Assembly: GCA_052327205.1 (NCBI GenBank)
Contig: CM126234.1
Span: 28,520,001-28,584,000 of the forward strand
DNA from: Somniosus microcephalus
Taxonomy: Eukaryota
Reading direction: 5' to 3'
Length of the DNA stretch: 64,000 bases
A program made the translations under genes and the position numbers. Below are positions 50,348-63,625 of the stretch, in pieces; the stretch's first letter is position 1; every line of letters starts with the position of its first letter. The notes beneath the pieces were generated by a model. The model worked only from the letters and a program-made list of their open reading frames with translations, did not search any database and was not told the origin of the DNA.

Positions 50348-50930
50348 TAAACAACTTGCCATTAACGTAGAGAAATATCCCAAGGCACTTCACAGAAGCA
50401 CAATCAAACCAAGAAAAACAAAGGAGGAGATATTAGAAGTGGCTTTAAGCTTGGTCAGGTTTTTTTTTTTTTTTTTTGAGGGTCTTAAAGGAAGAGAGGG
50501 AGGTGGAGCGACAGAGGGGTTTAGGAAGGGTATTACAGAACGTGGGGCCTAGGCGGCTGAAGGCACGGCCGCCAGTGGTGGGGCGAAGGGAGTGGGGGAT
50601 GCACAAGAGGCCAGAGTTGGAGGAACGCAGAGGGCTGGAGATGGTTACAGAGATGAAGAGCAGAGAGGCGCTGAAGGGATGTAACACTAGGCGTTGGCAG
50701 GCCAGGAGCCAATGAGCACTGGGGTGATGCATGAGCGGGACTTCGTGTGGGATAAAATTCTGGCAGCAGAGTTTTGGATGAGCTTAAGTTTATGAAGGGT
50801 GGAAGATGAGAGGCCAGTGGGAGAGCAGTGCAACAGTCGAGTCCGGAGGAGACAAATTCGCAGACGAGGGTTTCAGCAGATGGGCTGAGGCAGGAACAGA
50901 GCTGAGCAATGTTACGATAGTGGGCAGTTA
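50348..50930 (-). mobile_element. L2 LINE 3' fragment (approximate)
   Basis: ORF 50445..50732: LRSSNSGLLCIP...GGRAFSRLGPTFCNTLP...SLSSFK, the L2 ORF2 C-terminal motif, followed by an L2 tail. Confidence 0.8.
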
Positions 50931-51225
50931 CAGAGGTGGAAGTGGACTGCAGGGTAACTCATGAAAAACAGTGTACACGATTCTGCCAACAGGATAAAGG
51001 AGCATGGTTGAGTAGCGTAAGCACCAAGAGTCAGCTCAAAGATGCTGGTCTTTTGGAATCCAAACTAAATGAGCAAGTTCTATGGATTTGAACAGGAAAA
51101 TTTTAACTTGAGTGAAGTCCACTTTCGTAATTTCCTTTTCTAAACAAACCTGGGAAGCCTCTTGTACTACCATACTACCTCATGTCAGCAAATGTCAAAT
51201 TAGTAGAAAACAGTATAGTACAGGA

Positions 51226-51320
51226 ACAGCAGAAAATGCTGGAAACACTCAGCAGGCCAGGCAGCATTGTGGAGAGAGAAACAGAGTTAACGTTTCAGGT
51301 CGATGACTCTTCATCAGAAC
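51226..51320 (-). mobile_element. Penelope-like terminal fragment with hammerhead motif, sense to IKZF4
   Basis: Reverse complement reads gttctgatgaagagtcatcgacctgaaacgttaactctgtttctctctccaca..., homologous to 45335-45425. Confidence 0.7.
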
Positions 51321-51849
51321 GCTGTATAGTACAGGAGCCTGGTGAAGCACACTCGAGGTAGCCATTTGAGCACACACTTGTGGATCCCTCCCCAGCTCCT
51401 CTATAATGGGATGAATGGGTTGTTTAATACATGTGCCTTGCACTCAGCCCTGCATGAATGCTGCCTGGTACTGTACCCACAAGTGCAGCAGAATGACAAC
51501 TTTGATTTAATTGCACCAGTGTGCAGAATAACCGTCAAAACTTTTCAGTTTACTCAGCAGCGAAAACCGCTTTACAAACTCTCATTTAAAAAGCCATTTA
51601 CAGCGTCCCCACGTACTTTAGTAAACAGCAGCCAGCAATGCACCAATCAGCGACGACCTCTCCACACAGTAAATGGCTCTCAGTAAGTGGAACATCTTCA
51701 CCATAAAAGTTTTCTGCCGCCGATAGAGGTCAGACAAACAGTTATTCAAACTGAAGAGGACTTGAAACAAGACGCTACATTTTGAGCACCCAACTGTTGA
51801 GTCTTGGGTTCCCAAGCAATTTTTTTCTGATGCCATTACCAATTAAACT

Positions 51850-52172
51850 TTTCGTCTTTCTAAGATGTTAAACCGAGGCCCCGTCTGCCCGCTCAGGTGG
51901 ACATAAAACATCGCACTGCACCATTTTCAAGAACAGGGGAGTTATCCCCGGTGTCCTAGCCAAACATTTATCTCTCAATTAACATCACTAAACAACAGAT
52001 TATCTGGTGATCATTACATTGCCGTTTGTGGGAGCTTGCTGTGTGTAAATTAGCTGCCGCATTTCCTACATCAGAACACTGACTACACTTCAAAAAGTAC
52101 TTCACTGGCTGTGAACCTCTTTGGGGCATCTGGTGGTCATGAAAAGCGCTTTATAAATGCAAGTCTTTCTTT
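51850..52172 (+). mobile_element. 5'-truncated Deu-domain SINE with L2-like tail
   Basis: gatgttaaaccgaggccccgtctgcccgctcaggtggacataaaa...tataaatgcaagtctttct. Confidence 0.75.
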
Positions 52173-52529
52173 AAATTTTCTGATCAAAATGTGACAATTT
52201 GTGAGCATCCTCGAATGCTTCTGGGTATTTGCACCATGTTGCATAGTAAAGTCAAACAAACTGAGAAGGTGCCAAGGTTCAATCCCTGGTCAGTAGTCGG
52301 ACCACTATAACCAGCCCGAGTATCTCCGGGCTTTTCGGAGGAGGCTGGAAAGTACATGCGTTTGTACATTAAGGTAAGGACAGGATTGGGCTCATGTGTG
52401 AAACCCCACATGGTGTCCCGACGCTCACTGTCCCAGCTTACACATGTAGAATGGCTATTTATGGAAATGTAAAAGGCAGCATATTGCAATGTACTGGTGC
52501 TCCAATGCAATGCGCCACAGAGTGGCAAG

Positions 52530-52965
52530 AGCATAGGAACAGAGTAGGTCATTCGGCCCATCGAGCCTACTCACTATTTTGTTAACCGTGCCAGCTCTCG
52601 CATTAATCTGAATTTCCTGTCCGGTCCATATACCTCAAAACCCGTTCTTCTGAAGTATCTCAATTGATGCTGCATCTATATCTGACTGGGCTAGTGCGTT
52701 CCAAATTCTCTCAACCTACCACGTGAAGACCTTTCTCCTGCATTCACTTTTAAATGGCTGAATTCTAATTTAAAGATGATGTCCCCTTGCTCTGGATTCC
52801 TGTGCTAGAAGGAAAAGTCTTCCCCTATACATATCAATTCCCTTATTGTTAACACCTCAATTAGATCATCCCGTAATCTGCATCATTAAGGAATACAACC
52901 CAATTTTACCCAGTCTCTCATCGTAACGATGCCTCTTCATTCCAGGTATTAACCTGGTGAATCAT
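52530..52965 (-). mobile_element. Old CR1 3' fragment (approximate)
   Basis: cataggaacagagtaggtcattcggcccatcgagcct...tctctcatcgtaac...aacctggtgaatc. Confidence 0.7.
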
Positions 52966-55339
52966 GGGTCTGGTAAAGACCAGGTTCATGCATGGAAATC
53001 CCTTAATGTCAAGGTCTTAATCTTGCTGTGCAATTAAGAGAAGCCATCAAGTAGAGGTCAACCCCAGAAGCTTCTCTAAAGAGAAGCGAAAAAAAGGCAC
53101 GAGTCGCCATAGGGCACCACAGCACAAAACTGCAGAGACTTGCAATTTGCTGGGCTGTGCTGTGCTCCCAGAGAAGGGTACATAGTGATGAAAAAGAATT
53201 AAAAATTCTTACTAAGTTAATGGGCATCTCTGATGGCTCCAGTTTATCCTGTGAATAGCTAAGCCAAACCGATCAGCAACATCACAGGTTCGGTAGCTGG
53301 TCTGTGCTTAGTTAACTCACTGCAGGGTACTACAATTGGCTGGGCTGGGGTTTGGGGGGGGGGGGGGGGGAGAAACGAGGTTGTTGCTCCTAATTCCCAT
53401 CTTGATCATCCCTGCTGGAAGTGTACATGAACATCAGGGGAGGACTCAATCAGGAAGAGACATACAGGACATGTCCCCCGTGGTTGAATTGCCTGCCAAC
53501 ACACGTCATCAAGGCTTAAACTAAATGGCTACTTCGATCAGGTACTGGAGGGCGATCAGTGCCAAAGGAACTGCACCGCAACAAGAAGCCAACACTTTCA
53601 GGAGAGGCAGGGAGAAAATGAGCAAGAGGAAAAAGGAATCTAGCAGCACCATTTGGTCACACGAAGACATGCCCTGTAGGTTTTTCCTTTCCAACCCCAG
53701 AAGCAAGCTACTAACGTATAGGCAGAATCTACGCAATAAACATACAACTCTAAAATGACCTACATAAGCATCAACACCACACAAAAGTAAAACTTCCTTT
53801 TAAAGAAAGAAATTCCATAGAGAACACAAAGTATTCCACAAATGGGCTGACCAAAGGAGAGGAATAAATCTTCCAGCGGATTACACTGTATTTAATAACA
53901 ATCCTTTTAATCAGTGAGAAAGAAGTCAGATTTGAAATTCTTGTGGTTTGCTCGGACATTTCTCAGTAATACCCCAGCACTTAAACCTAAATGTTTTATA
54001 AAATACAATAATAGGGACCATTTATCAGGAGATTTTAATATCAAAGCAGAGGTGGAGACGTAACTAGGGTGGCATGACAATCCCTTTAGTCCCACAACAA
54101 ACATTCCTCCTACCAACCAGTCACACAGTGACATTTGTAGTAGCGATGGAGAGGATATCTGAACCAGGCCGTTTACAAAGAAGTGCAGATCAATTACCTC
54201 CCACCTCTCTGGTGTCACCCTTTCAGATCCTTTATGAAGGGTCGCTTTCACAAAATGTGTTAATGCTGATAAGCAGATCAGAAATGGCTAATGCATCGCG
54301 TTGTGTGTGTAGGGGGGCGGGGGGGGGGGGGAAAAGAGGAGGAAGGAGGAAAGAGAAAATATCAATAAGAGTGGCTACATAGCAATACAATCCCTCGTAC
54401 CTGCATTTGGGGACAGAACAGATGACATTGGAGCAGAAAGGTACCTGCAGTTCCCCTCAAGGTCCTCCATCATAGCTGGATCATCTCAGGAAGGAACCGA
54501 GTGGAGGCCACCAGCTTCAATTCAAGCACATCACCTCAAGACTGCTTTTGTGCAGCTCCCAGCAACCAATTCTAAAGCTCAGAAATAGGGAGGCTGCCTA
54601 CTGTCTGATAGAGTGACTACAGCGCACAATTCAATTCAATCTGGGTAGATTAGGGTTTCTGCTGAAGCACAATTTGCCTACAGTAATCAAAAAGAGGGAC
54701 ACAGATTTAGGTGCCGGAACCTTCTAACCCCACTTAAACAAAAAACAGGAATCAGAGTGGTCTGGATTTGAACAGGTTGGGAGTTGAAGCAAACCCACAC
54801 CCATTTACATCACAGAATATGTGCCAGCTTCCTTGCTGTTGAATCTGCCGTTTATACTGCGCCACAGATTTAACAAATAACTGCACACGTATGAGATTTG
54901 CCATGCTTTGGCCATGACTATTCCATCCTCAAGGTGGGTAACCTGCTCAAAGACTTCAACCAATGCTGTTCAAAAAAATGGCCACAATACGTGGACACAT
55001 CAAAGGCCGACTGTCGCTCCAATTGTGTTTTCCTCACGGTGGCACTGCACCCTGCCCCCAAGGTAGGCAGCATGATGGAGACAAGGAACTCAATGTGGGA
55101 AGGGGGGAGGAAAAGGGTAGGAGCATGGACCAGCATCATACCCTCCATACTAGACACACTTGGGTTCCAACATACCACACTACCTCCCCTCGATACTCGC
55201 ATCCGACTTTCTTATTCCAGTACGCTATGCAAACTAGTTACTTTAGTTAACCAAGATTAACCCTTAATACCTTTAAAGTAAAGGAGCAACACTTTCTCCA
55301 AAAGGATGCACAAAGACAACGACTACAGCACACTGGTTT

Positions 55340-55826
55340 ACAAGTAAGTGGTGAATTAATTAAAATTAAAACATTTTTTCCACAGGTTTATTATTTTTAA
55401 ATACTTTAAAGCAAGGTAAGTTTATTTTTAGCCCCGTTAGAAAATAAAATTATTTTTTTCAAAAATTTAAATTATTGTTTAAAAGTTATTTCATGTAATT
55501 TATAGTTTATTTAAAAAATGTGATTTAAAAAAAAATTTATTTGAAGATTTAGTGCTATTTTGGGGCCGTAGTATTTATAAGTCTTGACAGCACTTCCTGT
55601 CAGACTTATGAATGGAGCATTCCCTGCTCCGATTGGCTCCCCATGATCCCAGGGGTCGCATCGAACTAACTGCGCCCCTGGGATACGCAAGCACTGCACG
55701 CCGGCAGCTGGAACAGGCCCCGGATCGGAATTCCACGGGGGCCCACAGCTCAACGGCCGGTGTGCAAGGTAAGTGCAGATCGGGGGCTGGCACCCGCGGG
55801 AAGCCCCCGACCCAAATATCTGGGCC
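55340..55826. mobile_element. Probable non-autonomous DNA transposon remnant (AT-rich core, GC-rich end); left end uncertain
   Basis: Ends aaatatctgggccc, similar in style to the termini at 13845 and 62944. Confidence 0.45.
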
Positions 55827-58800
55827 CATAACTCGTAGCAGACGAAGCAGCTGCTCAAAGTTACTCCACCACTACGGCAGGAAAACTGGCGATTCCCAAC
55901 TATAAACAACTTGCATTTAGCTAGCGCCTTTAACGTAGAAAAACGTCCCAAGGTGCTTCACAGGAGCGTTCTCAGACAAAATTTGACAACATTAAAGCAG
56001 TGGGAAAAGTGATTTAATAAAGACTTTTAGCTGGAGCAGGGGCATGTGTATGTAGTGAACGACGGCTACAATAAAATGGTTACTGACCAGTTTGCCTTTT
56101 CTATGGCAGGTACACAATTTATTTGGGAGATGGAAATTAGCACAAAGGTCCTGCATGGCAATTAAATCCATTCATTCACGGCAGTCAAGTGTCCCTCTTT
56201 TCTCATTAGCTGAAATTTAAAAAAACTTATGCCGATTTCGGAAATGCAGATCTCACAGAAATGCAACCCTTTTGAAAGGCTACTATTTTAACCAATCACT
56301 TCACTGAACTCCGTTTCTCGAGATGATACCAGCTGTCGTTTTAATTTCTGACCCAGCTGACTATAACAGAAATATTTTAAATTCCTCCTAAAATGGTGAA
56401 AGTTATCAATACAGAGTTCTGTATGGTATTGCACATTCTAACACTATTGCTTCTTTGCAAAAAAAAGTGCTAATGTTTTTTCCTTTGCTGCAACTTCATC
56501 TTTTCTTCACCTGGCCTTCCTCTTTCGTGCATGTACAGCCTGGGCTCTATTCTCTGCACATTTGCGATCTTTCAGAGGCACTTCAATTTTGCTGCTTTCC
56601 TCCCGGCCTATCCAGAGTTTCCCCCTCAAAGGGTTGGACTTTTCCCCTCCCACTACCAGGATCACTCCCCGCTACTGCCAAAAAAGAACAGGGCCACTCA
56701 GGAAACAGACCTAAAAAAACGTCACCACGCCTCATACTGCATGTAGGGAAAGCAAGGCGACTTCAGCTACAAACACAAAAGGCAGCGCAGAAAAGGACAA
56801 GCCAAAACTAAAAACACAGATGAACTGCAGTGCAAACTACAAGAATTAAAAACTGGAGAGAAGGTGATGTAATAAAACTCACTACGCACTTGGTTTGAGT
56901 ATAAAGCAAGGCTTTAATCAACTTGTTTCAGAACATGGAGGTCTAGTTGTACTTCACTAGTTCCTCGTCTTACAAAATGTCCCTGGAAAGCTGGGCCCAC
57001 GCCAGAGTATTTATTCTCCTTGGATGGTGCCACCAGCTGGCCGTCCAGCATTATTTCATGAGTAGTTTCTTGATGATGATGAGATTTATAACAGAAGGTA
57101 AATAGAAAATGCAAGTAGGAGAACATCAGGAAAGATGAGAAGAAAGGAAAGTTGAGTAGAAGGAGAAAGAGGGCAGTCGGGGGAAACGATCTCTGGTGAT
57201 TAATTGGGGCAGGAAGCCCCCGACTTCCAATGCCAGGTCCATACTCGCCACTGATGCTGCAAGCCTGGCCCGAACTGGCATGCTCAGAAGTGCCACAATT
57301 TAGACTGTATCCATTTCTCAAAACAACACAATCAGAACTGCCCATAGCCCATGCGCCCATCAAGATGAATAAGGCAAGACGCACACTCCCAGCATATCCT
57401 CCAAATCAACATGACTAATGCAATGGGGAATGTGCTAGTTATAAAATATACACCGTGCATCATTTGTGAACATAAATGTATTACACAAAAACCATTATGA
57501 CCAGAATTTCATTAGTACTCAAGGGATTCAGGTAAAGCCTGCTACAGAGAGGCATGGCTATTCCACATGGATCAATGTTTCTCCCTTCCCCTGTTACCCC
57601 CACCGTAAACCATTCCAGTGTTGCCCATGCCTCGCAGAGATGCTCCTGACAGAACGCATCATTCCAACTCTAGCAAGATCTCGCCATTAAAACTTGGGCT
57701 CCCCCCCCACCCCCAAACATGTAACAGCTCGCGTCTAAGCTTAGGACTGATTGCAGTTTAACTGTTTTTAAGCTTCCCTCCTTCCTTTTTCAGGGTTAGA
57801 TTTGCAATGGACAAATAGTAAGGAATGACTGTTGCCCCAGTCTGCCTTGCTGGGACCTGATGGCGCTTGTAATGCCCCACAGTCCTGGGAAGACTTCTTA
57901 CAAGGACTTTTTTCAACTGTTTTATGCATGCTGAATCAAGCTTCGTACTGTACTCACAGGTGTTCCAATAGGTCATTGCTTAGAGTGATAAGTCATTCTA
58001 TTTGTACCTTGAAGGCATGTCCTGCTCATTAATAAAACACCGAGCTCGGCAGTGATGATAAAAAAAAATTCACAAAAAGCAACAAAGACTTGAAAATCCC
58101 AAGTGGCCACTTCTGACATGAAAAACCCCAGTGCATATTAAACCTGCAATAGCAAATGCACATGTGGATGTAAATGTGACAATATTAGATGCAAAAGGCA
58201 TCAAAGACCCCAAAACTCCCAAGGGGCAGAAAGGCTCAATGGGAAGGCGGTGGCCCCAGTGTATGCAAGACTGGTCCAAAGTTTTTATTTTTAGCAAGCT
58301 GGCCAATAATAGTTTACTAACATTTTGGTGCAAAGTTGCTGTATTAACACTGAAAATAGCAGATGGCAATCAAACATCCAGCACCAGAGCTCCATTCAAT
58401 CCAGCTGCTCTCGGCTCCCTCCCTCCCTCCCTTTAGAAGTCCTGTCAAGATCCAAAAGTCAGATTAACAGCAGCACACACTTTCAAAAAAATGACAAGCC
58501 CTGGGATATTTGGTTCTGGAATTCTCCTAGCACCAGTCAACCTTCAATTTGGCAGCCACACTGGTATAGGTGCTCACACTTTACTGTGCATCAAAACCTC
58601 TATTATGAGACATGGGACTTTTAAATTAAGCCATTTGAAACCAGATCTTGTGTTGGGATACACAGTTATGGCAGATGCCTTTTGCAATTTGTTTTCCGGC
58701 ATTGGCTTTTAACCAGTGTTTACATTTTACAAACTTATATTGAGAATATAAAACTTACTGAGAATATAAAAAGGTAGAACGTTTGTCAGTAATAGTTAAC

Positions 58801-58936
58801 CACCACAGCCTGATATTATAAGCTGGTGGCTCTACCATGCATTTTACACAGGCAAACATTTAAAGAGAGAGAAAAATTGGGTTTTTTTGTGCATCAAATT
58901 CCCCTGCCCTCCAGAGGCCATTCACTCCTGCTAGAT

Positions 58937-59298
58937 ACAGAAATCACAGAAATCACAGAAACCCCACAGTGCAGATAGAGGCCATTTCGGCCCATCGAGC
59001 CTGCACCGACACATATCCCACCCGATCCCCGTAACCCCTACACCAACACATATCCCACCCTATCCCCGTAACCCCACGCATTTAATCCCCCTAACACTAA
59101 GGGTCAATTTATCATAGCCAATCAACCTAACCCGCACATCTTTGGACTGTGGGAGGAAACCGGAGCACCCGGAGGAAACCCACGCAAACACGGGGAGAAT
59201 GTGCAAACTCCACACAGAGAGTCACCCGAGGCCGGATTCGAACCCGGGTCTCTGGCGCTGTGAGGCAACTGTGCTAACCACTATGCCACCGTGCTACC
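58937..59298 (-). mobile_element. V-SINE (HE1-like elasmobranch SINE) with CR1-type tail
   Basis: tRNA head ggtagcacggtggcatagtggttagc...gggttcgaatcc; V-domain tgtgtggagtttgcacattctccccgtgtttgcgtgggtttcctccgggtgctccggtttcctcccac; tail gatgggccgaaatggcct...(tttctgtga)n; ~37-bp internal duplication at 59009-59075. Confidence 0.9.
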
Positions 59299-59299
59299 T

Positions 59300-59505
59300 C
59301 CTTCTTCTTCTTATGCAGTCCCTCGGAACCGAGGATGACTTGCTTCCACACTAAAAATGAGTTCTCAGGTGACTGCTGAGTCCAATGCAGGACCTACAGT
59401 CTCTGTCACAGGTGGGGCAGACGGTGGTTGAAGGGGCGGGTGGGTGGGGTGCTTGGGTTGACGTGCGCTCCCTCTGCTGTTTGCGCTTGCTCCCGGCGAA
59501 GAGAC
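59300..59505 (-). mobile_element. RTE-clade LINE 3' fragment
   Basis: ORF 59351..59545 ends CPTCDRDCRSCIGLSSHLRTHF*, the RTE C-terminal zinc-finger-like motif, followed by a short 3'UTR and (GAA)n tail. Confidence 0.75.
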
Positions 59506-60594
59506 TAGATACCCTGCTAGATAGCATTCTATGGATGGCAGTCACCCTCTGCTACCTTTGTAGAAGTGCTAATTCCTCATGTGTGAGCCTGAACAATGGG
59601 TGTTGGCAGGCTAATCACTCACAGCCAAGCCCAATTCGGTCTTCAACTGACCATACGCATACAAACACTTCCCAACAGAGGTCACTGTATAGCAATCTGG
59701 GGTAAGAACCCTGGCTGATTTTTGTTCCTCTACGTGGCCAAGAGGTTGCAGTCACCAATTGTAGGACATCTACTGCCAACCCAACTGTGATCAGTTAACG
59801 CTGTAAAGACTGAGAATTAAATTCTGGAATCCACAGAAAACATGGTTCTAAACCGTAGAAATTGTAATAATTGATGGCAGCTGAAATAGATTACTCATAA
59901 TCCAAACTATTAAAAAGGTGAAAGAAAGGCAATATGGCAAATATATTGCCAGAAAAAGAGCTAGCACAGCCGAGAGACAAAAGAGCATTCCAATACCAGG
60001 AGCAGCAATGAAGTGCAATGTGCAAAATGGGAGCAGATAAAAGTCAGGGTCAGCACAAGTTGGAAATGTACAAACTGGAGGTAGAAGAGAATCACCCGAG
60101 GCGCTCAAAAGCTAAGAAATCTCAAACTTTTCCTAAACCTTCAACAGATTGACCATGACATTTTACGGCTCGTGTTAATGGAATGATGATGTAGAACAGT
60201 TGCAGCCTTGAGTAGGGCAGCCACCCATCAGTTTTCCAAGCTGCTTTAATGAAACTGTGCACATGCAGCCCGTTTCATGTCCAAAGCATTTCCAAGTACA
60301 GCCCCGTCCCTATCCAAGTTTTGGACAGTCAAAAGATAGCTGGGAAAGATGGTCGAGAAGAGAGTGAAATTTACCTCTCGGACATATCGCTGATTATTGT
60401 AGACAACAGTCTCTTGCAATAAATCATAATATTTGCTCTAGGTTCTGTTATCAAGAAGTTTAGTGCTTCTGCTAGGAAATCAGTTACGCCTCCATTACTG
60501 TAGGACTGGGAAAACACTGCACTGGATGTCAATCTGTAGCGTTCAAAACCACAAGGAAATTAGGTCAATTTCTCCCTAATCCTCCTCCATCACC

Positions 60595-61020
60595 CTAGAA
60601 CCAGAGGCCATTTGGCCCACTGTGTTTGTGCTAGCTCTTTGCTAGAGCAATCAAAATGTAATCCCAAAGTCCTATCCTCTCCCCATGGCCTTGCATCTTC
60701 TTTTACTTCAAGTATTTATCCAATTTTCCCCTAAAAGATACAATGGTTCTACCACAGCCACTCCCTGTGGCAAAGCATTTCTTGCTTCAGCAGCCCTCGA
60801 CGAGAAGAAATTTCTCCTAACCTCTCTCTTCTCTTCGTAATGATTTTAAATTGATGACGGTTTTCGAACCATGTATTCTGTGGATTCCAGAATTTAATTC
60901 TCAGTCTTTACAGAGTTCACTCCGACTCCCCAACCAGCGGAAATAGTCTTTTCCTATTCACTATCGTAATTTTAGAAATCTCTATTAAATTTCCTCTTGG
61001 CTTTCTCCGATCCAGTGGAA
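60595..61020 (-). mobile_element. Old CR1 3' fragment interrupted by a 64-bp foreign insert (approximate)
   Basis: gaggccatttggcccac...gagaagaaatttctcct...attttagaaatctctattaaat; insert at 60857-60920. Confidence 0.65.
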
Positions 61021-62215
61021 ATACTCACGACATGTCCAGGCATTCCTCAGAAATTTGAGATCTTTACAACCAAGGAAAGGAGTGCAGTTACCAACAAGAT
61101 ATGGTTACCACACGCACATACACACACAGAAAGGAGAGAAAGAAACAAGCCATGATTACAGATCAGGCCTCAGATGCCACAAGAACTCCTGCAATTATTT
61201 GCCATAAAAGTCAGTTGCCCCATTATTAATGATTTAATGCAGCATTATGGCTTTCAAGAATTGAAATTAATTGAGTTTCAATCTAGTATGTCCTCCCACA
61301 CTTCTCAATCAGATAAATTAACAGGTTATTGTCTTTTGATAGTTCAACTATGTCATTAAAATACGGTAAGATGTTAATCCATCTAATTGCAAAAAGTGTG
61401 AAAAGACACAAAGCATTTCAGACTTGCTTTATCCCCCAGCTCCTGTCATTCCAAAAAGGAGTCTTAGGACTAACAATTTGGAGTACATATTGAAACTCCC
61501 GAAGCACAACAGATCAAAATTCACCTGGAACACTTGGGCTGTATGCTACAGTAGTTAGGTTTCAGAGTGTGTTGTACAGTTCTTGTTTTTCATTATTATG
61601 CAAAAGATTCAATAGTTAGTGGTGATACTGCAGCAACTTTTGGCACTTTTACACTGGTGCTTATTTAGATCAGATCATCAAAGGTCAGCACTCCATCTGC
61701 CAGTTTCTCACAATTAAACTGCCAAATCTGCCTCTCTATTCCATAGTAAATCTATTTCTTCATGGGTCTACAACTCTACCACCAGAAAAGAGGCAGATTT
61801 AGTGTTGCAAATGCAGGAAGCCAGTGCATGGGCACACTCTGCTGTGATCTGAACTAAATAAGCCCCACGTGTAAAAGTGTCAACGCTGACATTCAGAAAG
61901 GTGTTGTACAGAGGCTGGATATTCAATACAGCACTGGAGAAATTAGAAAATGGGGCTCATAAAAGTACAGCAGAATAAATAATAACATGAAAAATAAGCA
62001 CTAAATTTGCCTATTCTTCAATTATTCAGGCACGGAACACCCAGCACCACCTTGTAGAGGCTGTGTTCTAAAATGCAGGCAAGGCAAACTTGTCTGCCGA
62101 GTTCCAGAAGGCTTTGCATCACTGTAAAGAACACAGGCACGCAAGTAAATTAAATTATTCCAATTGATTCCTTTACAGAAATGCAATGTTTCTGTTAAAC
62201 TGCATTAAACACATT

Positions 62216-62944
62216 GGCCCAGAATTTACTAGGAAAATAAGGACGAGTTAAATGCACACGCTGTTGTGTGCGCGCAAAAAAAAAAAACTAATTTGCGGCG
62301 TGAATTGCGAATCATCACAAATTGCTGGATGATTTGCGATACTCCACCGTTTAGCTTTGTTCAAACCAGAGCTCACAGTCAACCGCCCCGTGAGTTTCAA
62401 GAAATTGCTGCATTTGTGCCGTAAATATGAATAAAACTCACCGCAGAAAGTTAGGGCTAATATTTAATGACGTATGGGCCCTTTTAATGACAAGATTTAT
62501 GCCCCTGCAATGCCACTCAAGCTTTCCGGCTCAGGAAGGGAACAATTGAAACAGTGGAGTCTCACTCCTGCACATAGTAAATTGTCCATAGAGTTTTTAA
62601 AAATGTATTGTTTTCCTGTGTCTCTTGTATTTCTCTCTCTCGAAACAATCTTTCTTTCCCTCTCCATTTCTCTTTCTGTATCTAATTTCACTCCAATTCC
62701 TATTTCCTTCTCCTTCATTCCTCTGTCCCTCTCTCTATCCTTAAATTTAATTGGTTAAGGAGATAGACTGTTGGTCTTGTCGTTCACCGTGATACCAGGA
62801 TCTCAAGGTCCCAACTTCCGCAACTGCCAACTTGTACTTCCAGCGATGTGCGGCGCTAAATTGTTTTTCGAGCTGAAGGGCGAGGGAAAAAACACAACTT
62901 GCGGGGCACGCCTTAAGATTCTCCACTCCAGCAAATTCTGGCCC
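62216..62944. mobile_element. Non-autonomous DNA transposon (MITE-like), imperfect TIRs
   Basis: ggcccagaatttact ... agcaaattctggccc; CpG-richer ends, CT-rich interior. Confidence 0.65.
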
Positions 62945-63520
62945 ACGATTTCCTTTAAGAGGACCGGTACGAATAGCAAATGACTTCCACACAGTCTCAG
63001 ATAAAAAATGAGTTAATCTTTCATTAAAGAAAACAACCAAGACAAGTTTTAATGTCTTGCTTCAGGGCATTTGAGACAGATCCTAACTTCTCATCCAGTT
63101 AGAAGAGTGATACTTTCAACAGAGTAATGTCTTTCCCACCAAAAAAAATTTAAACTTGATCTAGAAAACGTTCGGAAAACCGAAGATGTATGCCAAGAAT
63201 TGCAGATTTTGGTACAGCTACTGAAAATGCCAAGGATTGTATGAACACAAACTACCTCCTGTTAGAATTAAATATTTCAGTGGAGAATTTCCTTAAACAC
63301 TTGCAAAGTAGACAGGTTTTCTACCAAATCAATACTGCAAAAATGTTTCCGAAATGTGTTTATGTTGAAGGTTAGAAAATATAAACTAGAACCAGTTTCT
63401 CTATAGTCATTCTTAGCTAATCAATTCTGGCTTGTATTCAGATTAATTGGTCCGAAAAATAACAGGGTTAAATGAGTCAAACCAGTGCACAGTTTTTACA
63501 AAAGGAAAATAGAGACATAC

Positions 63521-63625
63521 CACTCAGAGAACGGCTGGGTGAAGAGTGCTGACTGTTGGGTGTGCTCACCGTGGGACCCACCATCGCCCCAGAGAACTCT
63601 TTGTCCATTGAAGAGTCACCGCTCC
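63521..63625 (-). CDS. IKZF4: IKZF4/Eos coding exon (105 nt), N-terminal region GSGDSSMDKEFSGAMVGPTVSTPNSQHSSPSRSLS; upstream exon(s) outside the window
   Basis: Acceptor ttttcgtacag|GG, donor AGTG|gtatgt, phase 1-1. The peptide closely matches the Eos N-terminal SGDSSLEKEF...VSTPNSQHSSPSRSLS as I recall it. Confidence 0.93.

Noticed and set aside
4789-54330. Numerous G or C homopolymer runs of about 12-21 nt (e.g. near 4789, 6154, 7482, 15816, 27706, 43581, 53354, 54318)
   Set aside because: Scattered simple repeats with no consistent context; lengths are error-prone in assemblies.
59225-59298. tRNA gene (also 49603-49695)
   Set aside because: A and B boxes are present but continue into SINE body and tail; no complete cloverleaf.
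59351-59545. CxxC...HxxxH ORF as an extra IKZF zinc-finger exon
   Set aside because: Followed by a stop, short UTR and (GAA)n tail; matches an RTE LINE C-terminus.
11672-63625. Assignment as IKZF2 (Helios), IKZF1 or IKZF3
   Set aside because: VSSPT linker, KRKRSTPQKF, EKDVE, SPAYSKEDPK and the GEHKV terminus all fit Eos better.
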